DNA from: Euglena gracilis | Taxonomy: Eukaryota | Assembly (NCBI GenBank): GCA_039621445.1 | Contig: CP154954.1 | Coordinates: 34,829,703-34,893,702, forward strand | DNA length: 64,000 nucleotides | Reading direction: 5' to 3' | In this document: one piece after another, positions 11,923 through 21,830 of the stretch | Layout: each line of letters opens with the position of its first letter | Position numbering within the stretch: position 1 is the stretch's first letter | Translations under genes and position numbers: made by a program | The notes under the pieces: model-generated | Databases searched by the model: none | Told to the model about the DNA's origin: nothing | Seen by the model: only the letters and a program-made list of their open reading frames with translations

Positions 11923-13797
11923 TCACCTGCCTTTATCGGCTGGACGTTCGCGGACCTCACGCCAGTAGTCGTGTTGGGGATCCCCTAATGGGTCCTCAAC
12001 CAACTCCAGTTGGCGTGGGGAACGCGGCGGAGCTGATTCACTCCGGATGGTGTTGAGCTCCGGATCGTTGACATCAAAGGAAGGGGTCTCCCAGTCCTTG
12101 ATCCAGTTATCCGGCAGCTTCTCCCTGGTACGTTCAGCATGATGCTGAAGATACCGTTGGAGCTGCTCCCTGAAAATTCTGGGCAGCATCACCGGCCAGA
12201 TGATGTAATTCATCCGGGGGTGATTCGCAGGCACCTGCGGGGGCATCCCCGGGGTCTGCTTGAAGTTGATGTCATACATCCACCTCGCTGTCCGAGCTCT
12301 TGCGGTATGGGGCCGTAATACAGCCGCCAACCAACCTCTGAAGTCCACCGAATCATGTTCTTCAGGAGGCCACAGTGGCAAGGCGTATCCGCCATGCTGA
12401 CGCTTGGAGAACAGGGGGTAAACCTGTGTCTCCCAGTCGCCATCAGTCCAGAGGTAAGGCATTCTTACCTTGGCGTGTTCCTCGACGGCGAGGCGCATTG
12501 CCCCAGCGTCGATCTGGAACTCACGGGCCATTCCCGTGTGGCGGTAGCTTTCTACCTTTCGGAAGTCGGAGTGCTTCAGGCGGCCTTCCACCTGCTTGTA
12601 CTCCTTCTTCCACTTCTCCAGTGTCTCCCAGTGCTGGGGGACAATGGTGGTGACTGCTCCATCAGCAGTCTGCACGAACTTGCCTCCTATACAGTTGATG
12701 CACAAGGCAGGGATATCCCTGTCGTGAGCATTCTCACTGTAGGAGTAGTTCAAGCTGTGCTTCCATGCATTCAGGCGCTCGCCACATACGAGCGCCACAC
12801 AGTTCGGCACATATGCCCTGTGATGGAACCACGAGGATTGCACCTGCCGCTTGCACACATGCACAAGCGGTTGGTTATGCCGCACATGGTGGCATACGGT
12901 GCACGTCCAGGCAAAGGACGTGCCGTGCTGGAAATCCAACACGCAGTCCTCGCCAAAGTACTGTGCCAGTACTCTGGGTGAGCGCCTGTTCCAGAATGTT
13001 CAGGTATGTTCCGGGACATAGTGGAAAGGTTCTCCGCGGACGAAGAGGGGCTGAATCCATCGATTCAGGGACCCTGCCTGGTGCCTAATAGCAGCCAGTT
13101 TATTCGTCCTTTCTTCCACGGTGCCTAGTCTGGTCAGGATATCCTGGGTCCAGAGCTGGGCATCCGCAGACACAGGAGGTGAAGCAGGTTCATCCTGCTC
13201 CTCATCCGTCGATCCGGTGGAAGATTGGGCCTGTCGACCACGAGCCTTACCTTTCGGTTTGCTCTGGCCGTACCCGGACGATGCAACGGCCGAATAGTCG
13301 TGCATTGTCGTAGGGCCTTTCGGCTGTCCGCCAGTCTGACCTCCAGCGCCACCTTTCGGTGGTGGTTTCCCATCACCGCCTTTGGAAGGGGGCTTACAGG
13401 GTGCAGCACCCGGTTTGCCTCCTTTCGGCTTCGCACTCCCGGAATCAGGAGGTGACGCCTGCGGCTTACTCCTGGTATCAGGAGCCGATGATGCCGGAGT
13501 AGACGTTTGCCGTCTGGGCGAAGCGGGCATACTGACCGCTGGGTCGCGCATGACGCTCCGAGGGGTCGGCACTCGTTCCTGGGGTTGTTCAGCCGGTCGT
13601 CGCCGAGCAGGTTCATCCTGTCCGACGAGGCGTGGCACTGTGGTCGTCACCGGAATCGGTGCTTCCACAGGCGCTGGCACTCCCAGAAACTCTGCCATTG
13701 CCCTCGGGACGGCAGGGACCCTGCGCGGTGTCGGTGGTCGTGGGGGTATCTCCTCCACTTCCATTTCGACATCCTGTCTAGGAGGTTGATCCTCCAC
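11923..13797 (-). pseudogene. Cargo ORF of unknown function (~620 codons, one in-frame TGA at 13000); low-complexity N-half, Cys/His-rich globular C-half
   Basis: ORFs 13000-13797 and 11923-12942 share a frame; CTVCHH..HVC..C..C..CINC cluster; the C-terminal WIKDWETPS..SESAP segment recurs at 22186-22290. Confidence 0.6.
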
Positions 13798-14350
13798 AAC
13801 CGCTGGCGCAGGTGCTACAGGAGGTTGATCCTCCGCTGTAGCCGGTGCGACAGATGGCTCTGTCGGCTGGGGTTCATCCCCTGCCGGAGATGGGGTTGTG
13901 TGTATAAGTTGGGATGCGCTGTTGTAGCTGCTGGGGGGTGTACAGATGTATCTGAAAGCGATACATCTGGTGGAAAACGGGGTATTAGTGCAGCTGGGCG
14001 ACTACTCGACACCGTTATAACTTCAGGCCTTTGGGCTTTCGTCTTGTAACCCAGTGAAACGAGGGGGGTACCGCTACTCGCTTGCCCTGCCTCATGGGGA
14101 ACGGAAGTTGGTGTGTCAATGGGCAGGGGGTGAACTTTCTCGGTACACCCGGTGTGGGAAACGTTGGTTGGTGTGGTTGGTAACGGGGTAAAAGTTTTCG
14201 AAAACGGTGTGGAAAATTTGGTGGCTATCGCGGTTGACGCCACAGGTGATGAAGGTTTGGGGGGCAATGAGGAGAGCGGTGATGTGCGCAAACCGTGGGA
14301 GTGGCAATCCACTACCAGCCGGTGCTGACGTAAAAAGGGGTATCCCAGAA

Positions 14351-14896
14351 TTACGTCAGAACCATGGATTCCGGATTCATATCCCCAGGTATCCGGAAAA
14401 TTTTGCGGTTGGGGGGGTGTGAGTGGTGCTTGGGGATGAGGGGTAGGACAATGTCCAAAAAGCATCCCAAGTCACCACCGCACATGGGGGTGTTGTCAGC
14501 CGTCGTAATTTTGATCGGCTTCTTGGCTTGCACCAAGAGGGGGGTTGGTATCAACCCGAACCGAAAAAGTAGTGCAATGCGACAACCAGTGTCAATGAGT
14601 ATTTTGACTTTTGCACAAAAATTTTGGATTTTGATTTCCGCTTGGACCAAAAGTTCCATGGGGGGTAAGCAAAGTGAAGGGTCTGGCGAAAATACGTTTT
14701 CTTGCCAGCTTTCCCATGAACCCTTTCCTACTTTGCACAACATTCCGAGCGGAAAGTTGGAGTGGGGGGTGGGGGACCCGAAAATTTTCCGGGTACCGAC
14801 CAGAAAGGCAGATGGGCAGGGGGGACAGGGTTGATCAGGTCCTACCTCCATCTGTTCATCAGCCCAGAGGTCCGTGCCCTCGGACCTCGGGCTCCC
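14351..14896 (-). CDS. pro: Aspartic protease (retropepsin), start of pol; frameshifts near 14430
   Basis: KILIDTGCRIALL catalytic motif, ITTAD flap region; DVILGYPFL in the adjacent frame. Confidence 0.85.
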   Translation of the reverse strand, partial: GSPRSEGTDLWADEQMEVGPDQPCPPCPSAFLVGTRKIFGSPTPHSNFPLGMLCKVGKGSWESWQENVFSPDPSLCLPPMELLVQAEIKIQNFCAKVKILIDTGCRIALLFRFGLIPTPLLVQAKKPIKITTADNTPMCGGDLGCFLDIVLPLIPKHHSHPPNRKIFRIPGDMNPESMVLT

Positions 14897-15706
14897 CTAC
14901 TCCAGGTCCGAACCGGCCGAATAGCCGGCTATGGGCCTTTTAGAGGTATAAACGGATTTCAACGTGCGCACCGCCATGCGGGCCTCGTCGAAATCGGTAT
15001 CCGTGGTCTCATCCCCCTCCCTGCCCGAAGCCGGGGTGTCATCCTCCAAACAAGATATCTTGAAACCGACTTTATGGCGGTTGGAGGAGTGACCCTTGTC
15101 ACCGCGATTCATACCGCGATGACGTTGGCCAGGGCGGGGAGAACGAGAACGCGGACATTTGGATGAGTGGTGATCACTCGATCCACAAAGCGAACACCGA
15201 GATTTGTGTCGCGAATCTGGATAACGGGGGGATCGGTTTCCCGATTTCCCGTCAAACCGTCGTGGTGACCGGGTATCCCGTCGACCATGACCGGTGTATC
15301 GGGGTTTTCCCGATGAGGATCGCGAAGAGGATGATCCGCTTCGCGAACGCGATCGCGATGTCTCGCGATGAGAATCACGCTTCTTGGCCGGGGCACCGGG
15401 TGACCTACCCCGAGGGGTACCGTGTTTCCGCTCATCGCGGAACGGGATCCGGGGGCTAATACCACCGGAACGGGGACCCGATGACCGTGAATTGCCCGAT
15501 TGGCGTGAAAACGCGGAGGAACCCGAACCTCGTGATGAGGTCGAGCCTCGCGGACTCTGAATACGCTTTCGCGCTTCAGGGTTAGGACATTCCCGAGACA
15601 TATGTCCCGATTTGTTGCACAAAAAGCACACTTTATCCGTGGCTTGGTCCGAAGAACGCGGGTATCGCGTTTTCGATCCTGTGGTTGGTGAAGCGGGTGA
15701 AACCGG
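14897..15706 (-). CDS. gag: Gag nucleocapsid region: two CCHC zinc knuckles around an RS-rich tract
   Basis: CFLCNKSGHMSREC and CSLCGSSDHHSSKC; in frame with the upstream gag across the TGA at 15707. Confidence 0.85.
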   Translation of the reverse strand, partial: PVSPASPTTGSKTRYPRSSDQATDKVCFLCNKSGHMSRECPNPEARKRIQSPRGSTSSRGSGSSAFSRQSGNSRSSGPRSGGISPRIPFRDERKHGTPRGRSPGAPAKKRDSHRETSRSRSRSGSSSSRSSSGKPRYTGHGRRDTRSPRRFDGKSGNRSPRYPDSRHKSRCSLCGSSDHHSSKCPRSRSPRPGQRHRGMNRGDKGHSSNRHKVGFKISCLEDDTPASGREGDETTDTDFDEARMAVRTLKSVYTSKRPIAGYSAGSDLE

Positions 15707-18700
15707 TCATTTTTGCAATGCGTTCACCGAACCAGCCGGTAATCCAGCGGTTGGGTGTGCGGTATACGTGGATTGAATCTGACCAAGAAGCTGTGATAGC
15801 TTCAGTTGCTTGGAAACATAATTCCAGCGTTGGTCAAGTGTCATTGCATTACCTGCCAACTCCTCACGATGGATATCCTTGATGAGGCTAGGCGTGAAAT
15901 GCATGAGAACAGCGTCAAACTGTTCGCGCATTTGCCTTTCACTGAGTTCATCCACTTCAGCGGCAAGTCCTAACCATTTGGCATACCAAAGGTCAATGGA
16001 CTTCCACTTGCGGTCGGGTGGGGCGCATTGCCGCCACTTGGTCTCCAGGGTAATCCTAGCGACCAAACTTGAACTGGTGGAAGCGTATTGCTCCACCGGG
16101 TCATCAAAGGAAACGCGGTAGCGAATGACGAGTTGTCGCGCGTGCTCCTTCTCATCCCTAGGGAGGCAATCGATGAATTCCATCTTGATCACCTCCGGGT
16201 TTGTGTCCTGGGTTGGCCCTTTCAATGCCCAGTAGTACTCCCAGTCCCGGAAAAACTGTCTCCATGTGGTTGGATCGCCGTCCCATTGGGGTTTCACCTT
16301 ATTCGCGATTGCGATGGTGCCCTTGAAGTCTTTCTGAAAAACCCGTTGGCCCTCGGTGGTATTCCGTGGATTCGGGCCCGGGTACGCTCGAGCACCAAGC
16401 GTATCCTTTCCGGATTCTTGTCGGAATTGCGAAATTTCTGGTGAAGGTGAATCCTGGTACCGGAAATCCGGTCGCAAACCCTGTTGGTCACCCGTAATAG
16501 GGGGACACTCCGATGTGGGGGTATGTCGCGCATGCAACATGTGACCCACTCCCGGTGTACGGGTTTGGCTCATTCCACTAAAAAGCATGGAATGATGGAT
16601 TTCTTGGTGGAGACTTGGCGGAATCGCCGTGTTTTCCGCGAATTCGGTTCCCGTAATGGGAGATTCATCCGAAAACTGGTTTTGAGTTGTGGGCAAGGCC
16701 AATGGTGGCACAATTCGTGGAATCGCGGATTGTGACACTCGGGACACGGGTGGTGGTGGTGCATGTGCACCCAGATTCGGGTTGTGGAAACGCGAATCTG
16801 GAGCATTTGGCGCATCTTCGGCAATGCATACTGCCGAATTGCGGTGTGAAACCCGCTGTTGGTTGGACATATTATCCAAACCCACAGACAAGTCATGCAC
16901 ACTTTGCTCCAAATGCTCAACGAGTTGGAGTTGGCCGCAAATACGGTCAACTTCATCCTCCAAAGCGCGAATACGCTTGCGGTAACGGGAAAAGTCATCC
17001 AAGTGCAGAATCCTTTCGGAAATTCCGGTAACATCTTGGACAAGTTTCCCGTGAGACTTATCCAATAATTGGAGTTGTCCCATTAATGCTTTTACAGCAT
17101 TTGAGAGAATCTGCAAAGGTGATGTCACCTTGGTTGGTGTGGTGGTGGGTGCAACCGGTGTAGGGTTATCCGACAACACGGTTGTGGTACCCATGGGCAA
17201 ATTTCCAGGTTGTGGGTTATCCAACAACGCGGAAATTCGCTCATCCAACCTGGTAATCTCACCTTGCGTGGATCGGGCATTCCGATTCACCGATTCGTCA
17301 AGCCGTAATAGGCTGTTGCAGAAATCTTGCAAGGTTTCCTGATTGTTAGTGAGCATTTTGTCATAAAATGCCTTGAAATCAGGGTTCTCGGTAATCCGAG
17401 ATCTGGAACCTGCAGGCAAAGACTGCATTTCCGTTATTTTGGTAGACACCGATGCATACCGGGTCTGGAGTTCTCCAATAGCAGCCTGAATACCGCTAAT
17501 GTCCTGAACTCGGTGGGAAAGTGCGGAATAGCTTTGTTGCAAACCCTCAATGGCCGAGTTAATCCCGCCAATGTCGGATTGCAACTGCAACTGCAGGGAA
17601 TCCTGCCGTTGTGCCATTTCCGCCACTTTCGCGCTCAGATTGGATAATCCAACCCGATTCGCGTCACAATAGCAGGTTTTCTGCTCCAAACGGGAAAGTC
17701 GCTCCTCCAACTGCCGCACATACGTGTGGGGAGCAAAATTCTCGTTGGCTTGTGACTGGAATTGCCGAAACTTTTCCGTTTCATCGCACAACTGCATAAT
17801 GCGGTGTTGCGATTCATGGAAAGTTGCGGACAATGTGGTGAAATGGTCCATAGACACAAATCCACCACTGCTGGATGTTGCAGACGAGGAATCTCGTGCA
17901 TGCAACTGTTGTTGCAAATGCAACAACGCAGATGAACAGGACTCCATTTGTCCCGATAACTGTTGTAGTGAGCCATGCAAGTGCAGAAACTTGGAGTCAT
18001 TCCGCGTTTCCGCTTCATGCATGCATTCACTAATTTGCCGGAAGTTTTGCGGGAGCTGTTGGCATATTCTGTCAAAGGTTTCCCGAAAGTTTGCAAGGTC
18101 AATACCCGCACTTTCGAAATTCCTCTGGCAATATCTGCCAACTTCCTGCAAGTAATTCCAGCAGTGTTCCAGCTTGGTTAAGACATGTTTCTGGTTGTCC
18201 TCATCAAACTGAAGCACTTTGTTCAATGCGGTTGCACACTCTGCAACGCATTGTTGCACATGGTTGAACTGCCTCACAAGGGGGTGATCCCCTGGAAGCC
18301 GAGCAACAATATCCTGCACATCCTCAGCAGTGAGGAGCTCACCAGTGCCCTTCCCATAGTCATCCATGGGTTGGGATGTACCGGAGAATTCCGGCACCAC
18401 GAGGCGAGTCTCCGGTTGCCAAGGTAGTACGGGATAGCACCCGATATCGGGGGGTGGTGGCAAAGCTCTGTAAGGGCTTGCCGGTGGAAGAACGGGTGGT
18501 GGTTGAAAGAAACACGGGGTTTCCAGTCCACCATCACCAGAGAAGCCCGGTGGCGGAATCACCACGGGTCTCTCCGGTGTGCGCAGCTGCACCATTGCCG
18601 CAGACAGAGGCGAATACCCTCGTTGTGGCAAGGTGAGTGCGGAAGAGGCCGCATTAGCCTCTGAAGCCAATGATGTGGAGGGCTCATCGCCGACCACTGT

Positions 18701-18874
18701 CAATGATGACAAATGTTGCAATCTTGACAATTGAACCAATTGTGCCTCATCGGCGTGGGAACTGGAAGCACTTTCACATAAAAGCTTCCAATCCCCATTT
18801 TCTTGGTCAATGTCTTGCAATGATGCCTGTAATAAGGCATAATTGAATTGATGGTTGGGGCCTGTGCTTTGCAT
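15707..18874 (-). CDS. gag: Large Gag-like protein (coiled-coil region plus capsid-like C-terminus)
   Basis: >1000 uninterrupted codons downstream of the PBS; PQWDGDPTTWRQFFRDWE capsid-type motif. Confidence 0.8.
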   Translation of the reverse strand: MQSTGPNHQFNYALLQASLQDIDQENGDWKLLCESASSSHADEAQLVQLSRLQHLSSLTVVGDEPSTSLASEANAASSALTLPQRGYSPLSAAMVQLRTPERPVVIPPPGFSGDGGLETPCFFQPPPVLPPASPYRALPPPPDIGCYPVLPWQPETRLVVPEFSGTSQPMDDYGKGTGELLTAEDVQDIVARLPGDHPLVRQFNHVQQCVAECATALNKVLQFDEDNQKHVLTKLEHCWNYLQEVGRYCQRNFESAGIDLANFRETFDRICQQLPQNFRQISECMHEAETRNDSKFLHLHGSLQQLSGQMESCSSALLHLQQQLHARDSSSATSSSGGFVSMDHFTTLSATFHESQHRIMQLCDETEKFRQFQSQANENFAPHTYVRQLEERLSRLEQKTCYCDANRVGLSNLSAKVAEMAQRQDSLQLQLQSDIGGINSAIEGLQQSYSALSHRVQDISGIQAAIGELQTRYASVSTKITEMQSLPAGSRSRITENPDFKAFYDKMLTNNQETLQDFCNSLLRLDESVNRNARSTQGEITRLDERISALLDNPQPGNLPMGTTTVLSDNPTPVAPTTTPTKVTSPLQILSNAVKALMGQLQLLDKSHGKLVQDVTGISERILHLDDFSRYRKRIRALEDEVDRICGQLQLVEHLEQSVHDLSVGLDNMSNQQRVSHRNSAVCIAEDAPNAPDSRFHNPNLGAHAPPPPVSRVSQSAIPRIVPPLALPTTQNQFSDESPITGTEFAENTAIPPSLHQEIHHSMLFSGMSQTRTPGVGHMLHARHTPTSECPPITGDQQGLRPDFRYQDSPSPEISQFRQESGKDTLGARAYPGPNPRNTTEGQRVFQKDFKGTIAIANKVKPQWDGDPTTWRQFFRDWEYYWALKGPTQDTNPEVIKMEFIDCLPRDEKEHARQLVIRYRVSFDDPVEQYASTSSSLVARITLETKWRQCAPPDRKWKSIDLWYAKWLGLAAEVDELSERQMREQFDAVLMHFTPSLIKDIHREELAGNAMTLDQRWNYVSKQLKLSQLLGQIQSTYTAHPTAGLPAGSVNALQK

Positions 18875-19154
18875 TTTTCTGGTGACAAAAGCAGCAAAAA
18901 CCCACAAAACTAAGCAGTTGTGCTGGCACCAGAGGGGCTGTAACGGGTAATACCGTACAGAACCTTCCGGAGCTTGCTCGTCTGCTTAGACGTTGACTAG
19001 AAGCCGGGAGCTGACGCTGCGACCGTGTAATAACGGTGCAGGGGCTCTCCGCTGCCAGTCAGCGTAGGATCGAACCAATCTGCTACCAAGTGTAAAACCT
19101 GGTAGCCTTTCTTTCTGTGAAGTATGTGTAGGATCGTAACCAAATCTGCTACCA

Positions 19155-19472
19155 AGTGTACATCTGATTCCCAATTCCCCTTTCCCAATTCCCAAAAGCC
19201 TTCGCTTTCGCCTTGGCGCACCTACTTGGGAACTGAAAATCAGAGTAACAGTGAAAACCCTTTTCCCACTTCCCAAGAAGCAAAGCACGGAGCAATGCAG
19301 GGAGGACGGACTGGATAACCAAGTCCGGTCCGGAGAAAAGGAAAGACAAACAGAATATAAAAGAATACCACCTGTGGAGAGAGAAGGGGCACCCATTAGG
19401 AGATCCTAATAGGATCTGCTTCCATCCTAACTTCCTCAACGGAAGGGGACAGAAGCATACGCCTGGTACACA
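19155..19472 (-). repeat. Family C 5' LTR
   Basis: TGTGTAC...GTACACT termini, directly followed by the PBS. Confidence 0.92.
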
Positions 19473-19497
19473 ATTAGACGGGTTCCCTCTGCTACCA

Positions 19498-19830
19498 TGT
19501 ATACGTTGGTCGTCACCACCCGCCGTTGGACGGCCACAGGGCAGCTCATACTGCTTGCCGTGGCACGCCCTCAGGCGGGGAACTACACCCAAGGTCCGGC
19601 CAACCAGTGTCTCGTCCTTATGCGCAGTTACACGCGCCGGTCGATCCCCGCGGTATGCCCTCTGCCCGTACGGGATCGACCAGGACTCACACGGCGGGAC
19701 CTGGGTCTCGAACCCACGACCTCCCGCGTGTGAGCCCAGCACCTTACCGAATAAGCTACTCGAGCGATACTCGGCTTGGTACTACGCGCCGGCTACCAAC
19801 CTCCGTAGGATCTCCCGTCTGCCGCACACA
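19498..19830 (-). repeat. TRIM 5' LTR (tRNA-like segment at ~19692-19765)
   Basis: Direct repeat of 10111-10443, followed by a Met-i-type PBS. Confidence 0.93.
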
Positions 19831-20419
19831 GGGACCCACAGAGGCACTCTGCCAAAAATGGGGGAAAAAGGGACCCACAGTGGCCCTTTCATTGACCCAG
19901 TTCCAGGAGGAAAAGGGACCCACAGTGGCCCTTATGGAGGGAGGGGCAGGAACCCCTCCAACAATTATTCCTCAATTCCCAATGATTCAATCAAGGGGGG
20001 GACCCACAGAGGCCCCCCTATGGTATGTGAACCAACCACATCAACCTGGAGAAGACCAGATAGACCAAACAGGGGCATCAAGCCCTATGGTATGTCTTCC
20101 AACAACAAGATCATCCAGAGAGGTGAGCAGAGAGGGAGAGAGTGCATGCACATACCCCCAGAAAAAATTTCTTTTTCCAAGGGCCCAAGCCCTAGGGGAC
20201 CTAGGGGTGCAATGTCCAACACCCCCAACCCAGCCCCCCCAGAATCATCTTATCCAGAAAATAAATTCAATTGGGGAAAGAGGGGGAGACACCCCCCTCC
20301 ATCAAAGGTTGCAAAAAAGCCTAAAATGTCCAACACCCCCAGCCCAGCCCCCCCAAAATCATCTGATCCAAGAAATAAATTCCATGGAGGAAAAATGGGG
20401 AGACACCCCCCTCCATCAA

Positions 20420-21830
20420 AGGCTGCAAAACAGCCTAAAATGGTGGACAAAAAATGCCCACCCAACAACATGTCAACTCATCAGGGATGGCATTCAACCC
20501 CCCTGGCTCAGCCCACCAAAATTGTCCACCCACCCAAAACCCAGAGCCAACCTGGACCTGAACCAGGCAGAAAAAATCCTGTTGGATTACGAAAAAACTG
20601 GGTCAATAAAACGAGTTTGGAATTCAGAAACCCAGCATTTAATCCCATGGTTTCTAATTTCGAAACCAGAAGGGGGAACAACCAAATGGAGAATGATCAG
20701 CGACTGCAGAGAACTAAATCAGCAGTTTCAAGTGAAACCTTTCAAGCTGGATCACATCAAGCACATTTTTCCAGTTTTGGAAAAGGGCCACTGGGCAGCC
20801 AGAATAGACCTGAAAGATGCCTATTTTCATATTCCAGTAAGTCCAGGCCTAAGGCCATTTTTAAGGCATCAGGTGGGGGGGCAGACCTGGGAATTCCAGG
20901 CAGGCCGTTTTGGCCTGAATGTAATGCCTCAAATTTTCATGTAAGTCATGAAAACATTCGAAAAGCTGTGGAGGAAAAGGTGCATCCAGGTATTAATTTA
21001 CCTGGACGACATTTTGCTGGTGGCCCCAACACAAATCGTCTTACAAAATCACCTGAACACAGTGGTCAGGGATTTAATCAAATCAGGGTTCAAAATCAAT
21101 GTAAAAAAGTCCACCCAAATCGTAAATCATCTTGGATTTCAACTAAACTTCCAAGAGGGAAAATTACAGGTGCCCCCACAGAAAATAAAAAACAGTAAAA
21201 AAGGAGCTGGTAAAAATGGTGAAAAAAGATTACATGTCAAAAAGGCAATTGGCTGCCATTTTGGGCAAATCAGATGCAATCTCATGGCCCTGCCCTTTCT
21301 AAGGGCCTTTACGGATGCCCTGGCAATTTTTTTAGTGGAAAATTCCACAGCCCCCTGGGACTCAAAAAAACCCCATCTCCCAAAGAATAAAGGACCAATT
21401 AAGAGAAATAAAAAACCTGCTGGACACCTGGGGGGGCAGACCCTTCCCCCAAAGTGCAACCAGAGGGTTGCACTCAGACAGCAGCACCCATGCCTGGGGG
21501 GGGGGCTGGACATTCGAACAGGAAAAATTGTGCAAGAATTTTGGAGGGAAAACTCCATTCTGCACATAAATGTCAAAGAATTAGGTGCAGCAATAAGCAC
21601 AGTTCAAAGCCTCAGCCAGCCAGGGGAAAGTGTGTCCCTATCCGTGGACAATCAAGTAATTTACTATTACTTAACAAAAGGGGGGGGGCAGAAAAGACCC
21701 CTTCAATTCCATGCTAAGACCCTTCTTCAAATGGTGCATGGAACACAACATAAACCTGCAAGTAAAGTGGGTCCCCTCAAAAGAATGCCTGGCAGACCCC
21801 ATAAGCAGGTGGGAAATGGACAGGGGGGAT
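20420..21830 (+). pseudogene. DIRS reverse transcriptase plus RNase H
   Basis: WRMISDCRELN, IDLKDAYFHIPV, FGLN..PQIF, YLDD; RNase H DSS..AWG, HINVKEL, DN, ADPISR; contains stops and frameshifts. Confidence 0.92.

Larger units (their letters stand above)
10782..19472 (-). mobile_element. Ty3/Gypsy family C copy 1: gag, NC, protease and cargo ORF; lacks RT/RH/IN (non-autonomous)
   Basis: 318-bp LTRs at 10782-11099 and 19155-19472; TSD ATTAG (10777-10781, 19473-19477); PBS TGGTAGCAGA at 19145-19154; PPT TGGGAGGGGGA at 11100-11110; homologous to 40090-45631. Confidence 0.92.
10111..19830 (-). mobile_element. TRIM (miniature LTR retrotransposon, ~1.02 kb once the nested element is removed)
   Basis: 333-bp TG..CA LTRs at 10111-10443 and 19498-19830; 5-bp TSD GGGAC (10106-10110, 19831-19835); PBS TGGTAGCAGAGGG at 19485-19497 (-); PPT next to 10444; only ~350 bp of non-coding interior. 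Confidence 0.92.

Noticed and set aside
19526-21198. 472-aa and 547-aa ORFs as real genes
   Set aside because: They are chimeras starting in the TRIM LTR and reading into DIRS sequence.
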